NCBI RefSeq assembly: GCF_004010195.1
Contig: NC_057713.1
Location: 27,163,933 to 27,227,932 of the forward strand
Direction: 5' to 3'
DNA from: Chiloscyllium plagiosum
Lineage: Eukaryota
DNA: 64,000 nt
The translations under genes and the position numbers were made by a program. Positions 38,167 through 51,018 of the stretch are shown one piece after another. How positions within the stretch are numbered: the stretch's first letter is position 1; every line of letters starts with the position of its first letter. Under the pieces are notes generated by a model. The model did not search any database, was not told the DNA's origin, and saw nothing but the letters and a program-made list of their open reading frames with translations.

Positions 38167-41100
38167 CAATTCAATAACTAGGGAATCCATGTTGGGAATT
38201 TTGATGAGGTTAAGACGGCTGGCAGAGGAATGTGACCTTGGTTTAACCCTTAATGAGAGGCTGAGAGACCATTTTATTTGTGGAATTAGTGATGTAACCG
38301 TACAAAAATACTTACTAACTGAAGCCCAACTGGACTTCAAACAGGCACTACGACTAGCTTTATCCCTGGAAAGTGCGACGAGTGGAGTTGCAGGATATTC
38401 CAATGAGAGTGAACACCCTCGCCAGCCCCACTGAGCTTGGGAACACCACTCAAGTGAAGGCAATTCCAGAGCTTCACTCAGGACATATCCTGAGCAGAGG
38501 GATCCTCGGTCAGCCCACAACCAAACTCAAAACAAAGCCAAGCCTCATCCAAATGGTTAACATTTTCTTGAGGATCCAGGCCAGCAAGCTATTGTACTTG
38601 CTGCCAGTAATAGGACTCAAAAGAGTCCCACTAGACCTAAATGTAGTAAGAGAACTCATAGGCTGATATCCAGGAGAGTGCACACCCTGAAACATCTACC
38701 TACATCTGGTTTCAAACAGTTACGTCACTTAGCAATGTCAGAATCAAGCAAAATAAATATCTAATTAAATAGTCACCCCGTTCTAATGGAAGTCGATACT
38801 GTGTAGCCAAATTCACTCTGGACTTAAACTTTATGTTTATGCAAGACCCCAGCTAGACTGAGAACCTATACTGGGGAACCTTTACGGATTAAGAGTACAA
38901 CTTTGGTTCCAGTCTCTTTCTTATGAGAGGCAGCTGGTTCAGTTACCACCAATTATAGTAAAAGGCTTGAGCCCAAACTCGATGGGGTGAAATTGGTTGA
39001 GGAAGGTTCACCTAGATTGGCTCAACACTTTTTGATTAGAAAATGGCTGCTTGAGTCCTAATTAAATGCCCTGAAGTTTTTCAGGAAGGTCTAGGGACTA
39101 TCAATGGAACCAAGGCCACCTTCCATGTTGATCAGAAAGCAATTCCACAATTCTGCAAGGCCACCCAATGCTATTTGTCAAACAGGCAAAAGCAGAGGCA
39201 GAAACCAGAAGGCTGAAAGGTGAAGGAATCATCAAACCAATCCAGTTTGCAGAATGGGCAGCACCGGTCATATCGAACGTGAAACCCAATGGATCAGTTT
39301 GCCTTTGTGGGGATTTTGAACAAATGATAAACCACTTTACACAGCTGGATAAATGCCCAATCCCTCACACAGAGGATTTATACTCAAAGCTGACAGGGAG
39401 GCTGTCCTGCACGAAGCTGAACGTGAGCTATGTATTCTTGCGGCTAGATGAGGAACCTCAGAAGTGTACTGCAATTAATACCCATAAGGGTCTGTACCAA
39501 TATACAAGGTTGCCATTTAGGGTATCATCAGTCATTGCAATTTTTCAGCAGACAATAGAGCAAATTTTACAAGGTCTACCCTAGGTCACCATTTATTGAG
39601 ATGACATGCTACTAAAAGGGAAGACTAATAAAGAGCACTTAGAGAACTTGGACATGGACCTTAGCCATTTCTTCCAGGTGGGTGTATGACTTGGAAGGGA
39701 AACCTGTGCATTCCAGGCAACCCAGTAACCTACTCGGGTTGCAGAATAAACAAGGCCAGGTTACACCCATTGAAAGGTAAAGTGAGGGTGATTAAAGGTA
39801 TCCCGCCTCCCACGGTTGTACCAAAGTTTAGGGTTATCCTTGGGCTGGTGAATTTTAATGGGAAGCTTAGAAATAACCTGGCTTCCCTCCTGGAACCTGT
39901 GCATCAATTCTTAAATAAAAGGTCAGCCTTGGGAATGGTCCTGTAGCCAAGCCATGACTTTCAGGGATGTGAAGAAACAGCTTTCATCCTCTAATGTTTT
40001 GGCACAATATGATCCCAAGTGAGATCTATTGTTAACATGTGATGCCTCCCCATCTGGCATCAGGATAGTATTAGCTCATAGTAGCTGAACGGAGAGGAAC
40101 ATCCCATGGTGGCTAATGCAGAGCTAATGCAAATTTGCCCTGATAGAGAAGGAAGGTTTGGTATTCATATTTGGAGTCAGGAAGTTTCACCAATACTTTT
40201 ACGGTTGTAAATTTATAATCGTAATGGTCCACAAACCCCTGCTATGTCTACTTAGGGAGGACAAGGCGGTGCCGCCCATAGCTTCAGGCCAAATTCAGGC
40301 AGATACACCACCGACGGTACTGTCACTGGAAGAGTCCATAACGGTTTGAAATTTTCTGGATGCACTTACAGTAACAGCTGACAATATCAGACTTTGGACA
40401 CAGAAAGATCTTTTCCTGGTAAAGCTGGTGGTGATGGGGGAATCCAAAGGAGTGTCACAACCAGGATTGAAACCTGTTTGGACCTGGAGAAACCAGATCA
40501 CAGCAGAAGACCAGCATATCATTAGGGGGAGCAAGAGTGATTGTCTTCACCTATGATTCTGCCACCGTGAAGTGCACAGGGTCATCCAGTGTTGTCTAAA
40601 ATGAAGAGATTGGTGAGAATATATGTCTGGTGGCCAGGATTGGATGCAGACATAGCCGTGTTGGTGAGGCAGTGCCCAGAATGCCAATAAGGACAACAAT
40701 TGCCACCAGCAGCTCCCCTACATTCATGGAAATAGCCAAGTTAACCTTAGATTCAGTTACACATTGACTATGCAGGTCCTTTCACCGACTCATTGCTATT
40801 AGCCATTGTGGATGCCCACTCAAAGTGGCTGAACGTGCATGGAATCCACTCGTCAAACATGGGGACAGCAATGGAAAAACTGCGCACATCTTTTCCTAAA
40901 TGTGGACTCCCAGAAATATTAGTCACAGATAATGGGCCATTTTTTACCAGTAGGGAACTTAAGTATTTTGTAAAGTCTAATGGTATTCATCAAAAAGAAC
41001 AGCTCCATACCATCCAACATCCAAAAGTCTGGCAGAAAGAATAGTCCAAACTTTGAAGGCACACTTAAAGAAAAAGCCTACAATTCACTGGAGACTAGAT

Positions 41101-41549
41101 TGTCCCAGTTCTGATTTGATTGTAAAACAATCCCTCATTCAACTACAGGGATAGCTCCAGCAGTGTTGCTAATGGGGAGAAGACTCTGCACCAGGTTAAA
41201 TCAGACCTTTCCGAACCTTTGCACGGGGGAGGGGAGTGAATCGGCATCAGGAAAACCAATGTCAGACACCAAACTCTGCTAAGCAAAAGAGACACTTTAT
41301 TGAAGGGAATGAAGTTTGTTATAGGAACCATAGGAATGACCCTGCATGGGTAAGAGACATGGTCAATGCGAGGTCAGGTCTAGTAATGTTTAAGTTTGGG
41401 TAATAATGTCTAAAGTATGACAGTCATGAACAAACACATGGACCATATGAAAGCTGCAAACTCGTAAACGGTGATAATGAGTTTCCTGATTGGGGCTGTT
41501 AATCTGATCCAATCAGGGAGCCCTGGCTGACAGATAGGAATAGGGATGT

Positions 41550-41830
41550 CGGTGTCCACCGACACCCTGGAGTTGTTCAGGGAGAGGTGGGTGCCGCAGG
41601 GAGTGGAGTGCATTATTTCCCCCTCCAACTCTATTTTGATTTAATCCCTGCCCTCCCCTTCACTGTTTGATCACATAGCCCTTTGATGTGAAAGGCACTG
41701 CTTGTCACAGCTACTCGGGTGTTTCTTTTCTTCCTGGTGGTGGAAATTTGAATAAAGATTCATGCACCTTGTGTCTTTCACTGTGTCTCACACCTGTACA
41801 CACACAGCATAGGTGAAAGAAAAAAAAAGA
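41550..41830 (+). repeat. Insertion in the Gypsy 3' LTR, probably a solo LTR of another family
   Basis: Absent from the 5' LTR between shared anchors. Contains AATAAA at ~41750 followed by a U5-like region. Confidence 0.5.
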
Positions 41831-43429
41831 CAGAGAGCCAGAGGTTCTGAGGGAAAAAAGGAACAGGAATGCCACACATCATGTTCACCATGTGAGTTGG
41901 CTCTGAGGGAGCATGATCAGTGGCAAGATCTCTCCACGTGTAAATAAAGGGTGACTTGGTGATTGGATACCTGCCTCTATAAAGTTATTTCAGTAGGGAC
42001 TTGTTATTTCTAGTAAAATGTGGCAGGAGGAAATGGCCAATAAATTGTGGCCTTTTTGGTTTATTTTCTGACCAGGTCTGATCAGGAGAAAGACAGCTGG
42101 GACCAAAAACTAAACATTAATTTTGGAAACCAAACAACCTACAAACTCTCCAGTTTTCCAGCTCACCAAATCCTCCTTGCTCCTTTCATTCTGGCTTTCA
42201 GCCACATCTCCCGTAGTCACACTAACAGGAGCTGGGGTGTATATTCCAAACCTATCGTCTGGAATCCCTTCTTTAAATCTCTCTTTTTCTCTACCTCTCT
42301 GATCTCCTTTGACCCTGTCTGAACAAAATTCCCCCAACACCCATCCTCCCCAACACACTCCAGGTTTTTAGTTACTTGTTAGTTACTTTAGATATTGCCT
42401 CTATTGACTCAACATCAGTTTTCATATATTACATGTCCCCAAAGTTCATTTGGATGACTTTCTCCACTGAAGGCATTTTATTAAGGCAATAAGTTGTTAA
42501 CGTTTATTTTCAAGTTTCACATATGACGTGAGCAAAATATCTGAAGAGAATGGTACTGAGGTCGGATTTTTACAAAGTGACATCTTGACTTTTATCAATT
42601 AAGTTCCCTGAACAAAGGAGGTAAAAATACGACAAGATTGTATCTGATGGGAACGACAGCATAATTCTCGGAACAAAAGGAAAAGGAAACTTTCAGCCCA
42701 GCAGTCTCAATTAAACAGAAATGAAGAGAAGTATTGCATCACTCCTGTCTACTCAGTATTTAAAGCGGGATTAAAGTCATTTTTACACAAAACCTAATAC
42801 TGTCAAAATATCACATACTGACATCCCTGGCTGTTAGCTGAGATTAATGTAGCTTTAATCTGGGCAAAGCCATTTGGTAAAAAGAAAGTCAGGATGATTT
42901 AATGTGTGATAAAATATGATAAAACAGGCAATAAATTATAGACGAGAAATGTTAGCAACACAGGCTTAATTGATACTGCTGCTTTTCAAGATTGCAGATC
43001 CAGGACCATTAAAAGTTTGAGAAACCTCGCAGGCAGCAACTTGTCATTTTGGGACATAATTGACTTTTACATGTTGAATAAATGGGGAAGGTAAGTGATG
43101 CTTTCTCCGATAATATAATGCAGATGAACCAGCCAAGGGTCCTGACTAATGGTAACGTGTAATCAATAATTTGTTCAAAGCTTCACCTCTAACGGTGGGG
43201 AATGATATTATGTACCTGTCTCTATCCTCCTTAATCTTCTGAAATGCTTGGAACCACACTGTGGTGATTAAGCTCCATTAGCAGACACTTTATGAGAATC
43301 CTGCTCCTCCGTTGGCCAGCATGTAAGTACTAATTCTCTATAAAAGCCTTGTGATGAGTGCTTTTCTCCCCCAAAGGAGAAAGTATGCTTTAACTACAAA
43401 ATCTAAAACTTCTTTTGTTCTTTTCAATC

Positions 43430-43700
43430 CAGCCTGGCACTCCAGTGCACTATTCCAGTAGTGCTGAGAGACAATTCTTCGAATGAGATGTTAAGGCGAG
43501 GGACTTGTTAGATGAATAATAAAGATCTCACGGCACTATTCCAAGAACAAGGAGAATGTGAAGTTTGCCAATATCCAAACTATCGTTCTTCACCAAAGTA
43601 GCACCGTTGACTACTCACTCAGCTCAGTGCTTTTTATACTAACTCATGCTTTTGTCTCTATGAAATTGTTGCCTTTCCTCCCCAGGCTGCATGACCAAAA
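43430..43700 (+). mobile_element. Old Deu-domain-like SINE remnant; related copies at ~55490-55900 and ~60940-61205
   Basis: CACTCCAGTGCA...GAGATGTTAAGGCGAGG...AAAGATCTCACGGCACTATT resembles the AmnSINE1/SacSINE1 Deu core as I recall it. Confidence 0.5.
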
Positions 43701-43989
43701 GCACAGAAAACAGCAATTGCCTGGATTAGTAGAATCTATGGTCCCCCTAGATTTAGCCTCAAACCTTGTTTCAAACTTTGGGCAAGTTGTTGGCATTCGA
43801 TGCCGGTCTGCATGATTGGAGAAATGTGAGGCTCAAAACTTAATTACGAGAGAAAACAAAAGTTTGGACAACAATGGGGCTGTAAAACATGAGTTAGTGA
43901 GAGAGAGAGAAAGGAAGAGAGTGAGAGAGAGGAAATGGAGAGCTTTGCAGCTTCCAACAAATAATGGGGTATGGCACAATGCCTTTAGT

Positions 43990-44146
43990 TCCACCCTCAA
44001 TTGACTGTCTGTGTGGAGTTTGCACATTCTCCCCATGTTTACGCGGGTTTCCTCTGGGTGCTCCAGTTTCCTCCCACTGTCCAAAGATGTGCAGCTTAGA
44101 TAGATTGGCAAGGCTAAGTTATCCATAGTGTCCAGGGATATCTAGG
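43990..44146 (+). mobile_element. HE1-like SINE fragment
   Basis: TGTCTGTGTGGAGTTTGCACATTCTCCCC core. Confidence 0.85.
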
Positions 44147-44149
44147 TCG

Positions 44150-44510
44150 AAGTGTGTGATGCTGGAAAAGCACAGCTGGTCAGGCAGCATCCGAGGAGCT
44201 GGAGAATTGACGCTATGAGCATAAGCCCTTCATCAGGAATGAGACTTATTGCTCAAGGGGTCTGAGAGATAAATGGGAGTTGGGGGCAAGGTAGCTGGGA
44301 ATGTGATAGGTGGATGAAGGTGGGGCTAAAGGTGATAGGTCAAAGAGGAGGGTGGAGCAGATAGATGGGAGGAAGATGGACAGGTAGGACAGGTCAAGGG
44401 GGCGGTGCCAAGTTGGAAGGTTGGATCTGAGATAAGGTGGAGGGGGGAGGGGAAATGAGGAAACTGTTGAAATCCGCTTTGATCCCATGTGGCTGGAGGG
44501 TCCAAAGGCT
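44150..44510 (-). mobile_element. Penelope terminal-repeat fragment with a decayed hammerhead
   Basis: Minus strand reads CCTGATGAAGGGCTTATGCTC at ~44217-44237, preceded by a pyrimidine-rich repeat body. Confidence 0.8.
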
Positions 44511-44993
44511 TCTTCCTTTGACTAATAATGAGACAACTTCAACTTAGAGTGTTCCTTTGTACAATACCAGGCCAGACTACTGCATTTATGTTACTATCTG
44601 TCTAGGGAACAGAAACATTTATTTTTAAAGTCAACAAACTATGAAATCCAGGGGCCTTAACTGAGTTAACAACATTATAAGATTGCACGGTTTTGAATAA
44701 GCAACAATAAATTTTACTATACAACAATATAACTGTAATACAATCTACAATACATGTACATTTTCTAACACCTAAAATTAGCATCAAGTAAATACTGTGG
44801 TAGAACACCACCAGCACACGTCACATAGCAAATGTGATCAAGACAGATCCCACAGATTTCTTCGAAACTTTTCCCAGATATACTAACATTATAAGTCATT
44901 AAATCTCATTACACATTCGAAGGGGTTACCATTCTTCATTTTTTTCGCCAATGTGGCCTTGAAATGTCCTTACAAGTGCCATTCCTTTATCAA

Positions 44994-45118
44994 GAGAAAG
45001 TGAGGGCTGCAGATGCTGGAGGTCAGAGCTGAAAATGTGTTGCTGGAAAAGCGCAGCAGGTCAGGCAGCATCCAAGGAACAGGAGAATCGACGTTTCGGG
45101 CATAAGCACATTTTCAGC
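44994..45118. mobile_element. Short Penelope-derived inverted insert
   Basis: 15-bp target duplication with one mismatch: CCATTCCTTTATCAA (44979-44993) and CCATTCCATTATCAA (45119-45133). Same family as 38047-38166. Confidence 0.88.
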
Positions 45119-45169
45119 CCATTCCATTATCAACTGACTTAACTGTCTAGTAATGTGTAGCACAGCAAG

Positions 45170-45612
45170 TCAAAAAGGACACATTTTGTAAAAATGCTTC
45201 ATCCTGCACTCATTACGACAATTTATGAGAATGCTAATTTAAGGGGAAAGTCAGCATTTATACTATATGAGAGGAGAGTGCTAGGAATTAAACTATTGAA
45301 TGTTGATCATGTACTTTGCTGAATTGAATCAGGAATAATGAGTATTTGCTGTCTCTAGAAATACCTTGTCCAATCAGAGTCATTTAGCATGGTTTAAAAT
45401 TTAAATAGTGTTTGGCAGTTAACTGTCAATCATCAATAACTAGTGCATTTTCCATGACAATATCTTAACTAATGACAGTCTACTTGACAACAAATCAGTG
45501 CTTTCCTCTCCTACTCTATAAATATTGTTCCCCCCCCCCCATTAAATTGGTGTTCTTGTGAATTTCCCTGATGAATACAAGATAAAAAGATTTATGAAAT
45601 GTTTCATTTTTT
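45170..45612. repeat. Old ~440-bp element with degenerate ~110-bp inverted arms and hammerhead-like remnants
   Basis: 45175-45282 is roughly the reverse complement of 45498-45612. CCTGATGAAT lies at ~45567, with counterpart TAATGAGTGCAGGATGAAG on the minus strand. Confidence 0.5.
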
Positions 45613-46364
45613 CAATGTCACAAAGCTAGAACTTTCTTTTCTAAAAGCTGTTCCTTGGCTCAAGGATACTTTGTCCTTGATTTTTTTCGGAGGGGTAATA
45701 AACCAGTCCAGGCTCCAATCAGAGTAGTTCAGTACAGGGATAAAAAGGATTTTGAGAGGCCTTTTGTTTATATGTAACATTCATGATGAGACTTCAGGCC
45801 AAAGTGGTCAAGTTTTAGAAGTGACCTGTAGAATGAAAGGGGAGTGGTCAGCTCTCTCTAGCTGTGCAGTTTAGTTCAGTCCAGAACTAGTTGGGAGTTC
45901 AAGAGTGAGCTGTTTGGAAACAAACTCTCTCCCTCTCTCTGCCCTTCTTCTGCACTGGATGTTCAACTGGAGTAGGCAGCATGCCTACTGGTGAATTAGC
46001 TGAATCATTTGCAAGGACAAATTGTATTCCTAGAGCTGAGAGTTTGTCCAGTACTCCTACCACAAATACTCCACTCTTCTCTGGACTCTTTAGCCTCATT
46101 TTACATAATTGAGCACTTTTTGTCTCACCATGAATTCCTGTTACCAGTACCTTTTCTGGCAATAATCCTTCAGGAGTACATTTCTCTTCATCCTTCAGCA
46201 TTACAGACTGAGAGGATTCTGTGTCCCTTAATATTATAATCTCTTTACCTATTGCTCCTGGCCTATGTGAGTAAACTTTATCCTTGCATGTATATTTTTA
46301 AGCAGATCTGGCAATTCCTCCTTAATCAACTTCTGATCATCTTGTACACTTTGTACACTTTTCG

Positions 46365-49300
46365 CAGCAGAGAGCGGCGGGAGCTGGGGAGCGCAAAGCT
46401 GGTCGGGAAGGTAAGTGATTGCTATTAGAGAGGGTGAGTTCTAAACCCCAGGTCCTACAAAGTAGGGTATCCCTCCCTCCCTCCTCCTCTAACCTAAATT
46501 AAGAGTCCACAGACTTGCCACAAAAAGAGGGTCTAAGGAAGTTCAGATCGAAGAGTGAGGCTTCAGCTCAGGAATCTTTGACAAGGAGGTTGAGTGAAGT
46601 GATTACGCCACAGTTGAAGAGGGTGAAGACATGACTGCCCAGCTGGTTCAGTGTGCTACGTGCTTGATGTGGGAGGTCAACAACTCTGGTGTGTCTGGCT
46701 CATATATGTGTGGAAAGTGTGTGCACATTCAGCTATTGACCGAGCATATTGCAGCGCTGATGAAAGAACTCGAAGACCTTAGGCTCATTCAAGAGAACGA
46801 GATCTTTCTGGACAAGACCTTCAGCGATGTTATTACACCAATCATGCCAGAAGAGAGCAGAAGAGAGCAGACGATGAGGAAGACAGAGAGGAGACAGGTG
46901 CAAGAGAGCCCGGGAGAAGTACCTGTCAGGAACAAGTTAAAGCTTTTGGAAACAGTAGAGACTGATGACACTGCCAGTTCGCAAGCCAATGTTACCTCAG
47001 GGAGATTGCTTGTGTCTTCCCCAGTGAACACATATCTGAAGTACCCATTTAATTCCTCTGCCATTTCTTTGTTCCCCATAATATATTCCCCTGTTTCTGT
47101 TTTCAAGGGCCCAATTTTAGTCCTAACCATTTTTTTGCCTTGCACATACCTAAAAAAGCTTTTACTATCCTCCTTTATATTATTGGCCAATTTACCTTCG
47201 TACCTCATCTTTCCTCTGCGCAAGTTGGCGCAGAGGCAGAGCGGAAGAGTCGGACATCGCACAGAGCCGTGGTAATAGGGGACTCCATCGTGAGAGGAAC
47301 TGACCGGGGTTTTTGTGGGAGCAGGCGGGACTTAAGGATGGTGTGTTGCCTTCCTGGTGCCAGGGTGAAAGACATCGCGGACAGAGTGCAGGAAATTCTC
47401 AAGGATGAGGGTGAAGAGCCAGAGGTGGTGGTACATGTCGGCACAAATGATTTCGGGAAGAAGAGGAGGAACATACTACAGCGGGGCTTCGGAGAACTAG
47501 GAAGAAGGCTGAAAAGCAGGACGCCCAAGGTGGTTATCTCCGGTTTGCTTCAAGTTCCTCGTGCTGGTATGGCCAGAAACAGGGAGATAATGGACTTGAA
47601 CGTGTGGTTGGGGAACTGGTGCAGGAAGCAAGGATTTAAGTTCTTGGATCACTGGGGTATATTTTGTGGTAAGCATAAATTCTACAAGACAGACGGTTTG
47701 CACTTTAATAAGTTAGGGACCAACATTCTGGCAGGCAGGTTTTCTACTGCAACACCGCTACATTTAAACTAAGTAGCGAAGGGGAGCGGACAAACTGGAA
47801 GTTTAAAAAGGAAATTGAAGGGAAAGTTAGAACAAGAGAAGTCAAGAAAGACAACTGTATCAAAGAGGCATAAAACTCGGAAAGGGATCATGCTGTAAGG
47901 TTGAGTGAAATAGGGGTTGATGGGAAGGATGAGAGCAGCCACAAATTAAAAATACTATACATGAATGCACGAAGCATTAGACATAAGATGGATGAGCTTG
48001 AGGCTCTTTTGGAAATTGGCAGATACGATATTGTGGGGATAACTGAGACGTGGCTTCAAGTGGACAGGGCCTGGGAAATGAATATTCAAGGATACACGTG
48101 CTATAGTAAGGACAGACTGACGGGCAGAGGGGGTGGGGTGGCCATGTTGGTAAGGGATGATATTCAGTNNNNNNNNNNNNNNNNNNNNNNNNNNNNNNNN
48201 NNNNNNNNNNNNNNNNNNNNNNNNNNNNNNNNNNNNNNNNNNNNNNNNNNNNNNNNNNNNNNNNNNNNNNNNNNNNNNNNNNNNNNNNNNNNNNNNNNNN
48301 NNNNNNNNNNNNNNNNNNNNNNNNNNNNNNNNNNNNNNNNNNNNNNNNNNNNNNNNNNNNNNNNNNNNNNNNNNNNNNNNNNNNNNNNNNNNNNNNNNNN
48401 NNNNNNNNNNNNNNNNNNNNNNNNNNNNNNNNNNNNNNNNNNNNNNNNNNNNNNNNNNNNNNNNNNNNNNNNNNNNNNNNNNNNNNNNNNNNNNNNNNNN
48501 NNNNNNNNNNNNNNNNNNNNNNNNNNNNNNNNNNNNNNNNNNNNNNNNNNNNNNNNNNNNNNNNNNNNNNNNNNNNNNNNNNNNNNNNNNNNNNNNNNNN
48601 NNNNNNNNNNNNNNNNNNNNNNNNNNNNNNNNNNNNNNNNNNNNNNNNNNNNNNNNNNNNNNNNNNNNNNNNNNNNNNNNNNNNNNNNNNNNNNNNNNNN
48701 NNNNNNNNNNNNNNNNNNNNNNNNNNNNNNNNNNNNNNNNNNNNNNNNNNNNNNNNNNNNNNNNNNNNNNNNNNNNNNNNNNNNNNNNNNNNNNNNNNNN
48801 NNNNNNNNNNNNNNNNNNNNNNNNNNNNNNNNNNNNNNNNNNNNNNNNNNNNNNNNNNNNNNNNNNNNNNNNNNNNNNNNNNNNNNNNNNNNNNNNNNNA
48901 ATTTGCAATTTGAGAGGGAGAGGGTACAGTCGGAAGTGACAGCATTTCTGTTGAATAAAGGGAATTATGGAGCTATGAGGGAGGAGCTGGCCAAAGTTCA
49001 ATGGTGCAATACCTTAGTAGGGATGACCGTGGAGGAACAATGGCGGATATTTCTGTGTATAATGCAGAAGTTGCAGGATCAGTTCATTCCTAAAAGGAAG
49101 AAAGATTCCAGGAGGAGGCATGGGCGGCCGTGGCTGACGAGGGAAGTTAAGAAACATATAAAGTTAAAAGTATAACATAGCAAAGATAAGTGGGAAAACT
49201 GAGGACTGGGAAGCTTTTAAAGAGCAACAGAGGATTTCTAAGAAAGAAATACGCAGAGGAAAGATGAGGTACGAAGGTAAATTGGCCAATAATATAAAGG

Positions 49301-49439
49301 AGGATAGTAAAAGCTTTTTTAGGTATGTGCAAGGCAAAAAAATGGTTAGGACTAAAATTGGGCCCTTGAAGACAGAAACAGGGGAATATATTACGGGGAA
49401 CAAAGAAATGGCAAAAGAATTAAATGGGTACTTCAGATC
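46365..49439 (+). mobile_element. Young CR1 LINE, 5' part (UTR, ORF1, endonuclease), 3' truncated, spanning an N gap
   Basis: ORF1 from ATG 46631 has CATC..CGKC and the SGNH motifs GDS, GTND and DGLH, ending at 47772. ORF2 has LYMNARSI and IVGITETWL. CpGs are well retained. Confidence 0.93.
46631..47772 (+). pseudogene. CR1 ORF1 (zinc finger, leucine zipper, SGNH esterase) disrupted by an inverted ORF2 piece
   Basis: ORFs 46631-47275 and 47140-47772 are the two halves. The intervening ~46986-47218 is antisense ORF2. Confidence 0.88.
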
Positions 49440-49990
49440 TTGGTGAGTAACTCACGTCCTGACTGATCAAAGCTTGTCCATCATCTATAAGGCACAAGTC
49501 AGAAGTCTGACTTGCTTAGATGCGTGCTGCTCCAGCAACAATCCAGAAGCTTGACACCATTCAAGTCAAAACAGCCTGCTTAATTGGCACCACATCCACA
49601 AACATCCACTCCCTTCATTACCGATGCTCAGTAGCAGCAGTATTTACTACCTGCAAGATGCACTGCAGAAATTTGCCTAAGATCTTTAGACAGCATGTTC
49701 CAAACCCATTTCCATAAAGAAGGACAAGGGCAGTGGATATATGGGAGAGCCACCATCTATGAGTACCCCTCCAAGCTCCACCATCCTGACATACAAATAT
49801 ATTACCGTTCTTTCATGTTTGACCTGTTCCTGGGTCAAAATCCTGGAATTGCTTCCCCAATGACATTGTGAGTCAATCTACACAATATTGACTGCAATGG
49901 TTCAAGCAGGTAGCTCATCACCAACTTCTCAAGAGTAACTAATGACAGGCAATAAACGTTGGCCAGCCAGTGATGCCTACATCCCACAAG
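49440..49990 (+). mobile_element. Old CR1/L2-group LINE 3' fragment
   Basis: TIYKAQVRS..., LDTIQVKTACLIG, SLHYRCSVA and a tail ending GATGCCTACATCCC. Confidence 0.7.
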
Positions 49991-50274
49991 TAAACTTTTT
50001 TAAAAGTTAGGAAACCTGACTGAAAGGGATGGAGCCTGTTGAATGTCATCTCAAAAGCAATAAAGCATTCATAAATGCAGTGTTGTGCTTATTTACCTTA
50101 TTCATTGCACTGGATTAATAATTTTGCTATTCAATGCAGCCATCATGTTCATCAATTTAACAGCATGGGTTCCAAGCCCAATATTGCTGTGGGCTCTTCA
50201 TATATCCTTTTCAACTTGAAGACTTCATCTTTTCATGAATTACTTATCCACGATATACCTCGCATTAAAGACAA

Positions 50275-51018
50275 TGGGTTAGACAAAATGGTTTAGATAA
50301 ATGGAGTGAGTAGGCAACACATGCAAATATAGTACAATGTCGCTAAATATGAAGTTAGGCACTTCGATGTAAAAAAAAAAGTGGAGTATATAAACGGTGA
50401 TGTATTTGAAAAGGTGACGTACGAATGAATCCGGGTATCTTATGAACATAGACAGGCGTAGCAAATAATTAGGAAAGCAAATGGTATATTTTTTGCAAGA
50501 GGGTTTGAATTCTGAAGTAGGGAAGTTATACATGGTCTTGGTGAGACCATGCCTAGGGTATTGTGCAGTTGATGACATGACTGTGCTATGAGGCAAGTTT
50601 TGATCAACTGTGCTTGTATTCACTAGAGTTTAAAAGAATGAAACAGGATCTGATTGAAAGGTACAAAATTCTAACAGGTTGGGAGAGTTTAGTTGCAGGG
50701 AGTTTGATTTCTCTGGTCAGGGAGTCTTGAACCAGGGGATTTGGTCTCAGGGCTGAGATGAAGAAACGTTCCTTCACTCAAATGACAGTGACTTTGTAGA
50801 ATTTCTCTACCACAGAAGGCTGTAGAGGCCAGTTCATTGAATATATTCATGAGCAAGATCAAAATTTTTAAGATTTTATAAGTATTAAAGAGTGTAAGAG
50901 AAAGCAGGAATAAGGCGTTGAGATAGACAATCAGCCATGATTATGTTGAATGGCAGTGCAGGCTCGAAGGGCTGAATGGCCTACTCCTGCACCTATTGTC
51001 TATTGTCTATTGTCTATT
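50275..51018 (+). mobile_element. Old CR1 3' fragment
   Basis: LYMVLVRPCLGYC-like remnant, GGCTCGAAGGGCTGAATGGCCTACTCCTG and a (CTATTGT)n tail. Confidence 0.75.

Larger units (their letters stand above)
37420..41992 (+). mobile_element. Ty3/Gypsy LTR retrotransposon, decayed (gag-PR-RT-RH-IN)
   Basis: Both LTRs end GTTATTTCA (37698 and 41992), followed at the 5' LTR by PBS-like GTAGCGACAAG. gag RLRDHFICGI; protease MEVDT; RT WAAPV..VKPNGSVCLCGDF and INTHKGLYQYTRLPF; RNase H CDAS; integrase HIDYAGP, VDAHSKW and VTDNG. The 5' boundary is approximate. Confidence 0.93.

Noticed and set aside
38035-38520. 161-aa minus-strand ORF
   Set aside because: Antisense to Gypsy gag and crosses the 120-bp insert, so it is a chance frame.
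47901-49175. 424-aa and other long ORFs here and at 4361-4703
   Set aside because: Their length comes from N runs. Only the flanks of the first are real CR1 ORF2 sequence.
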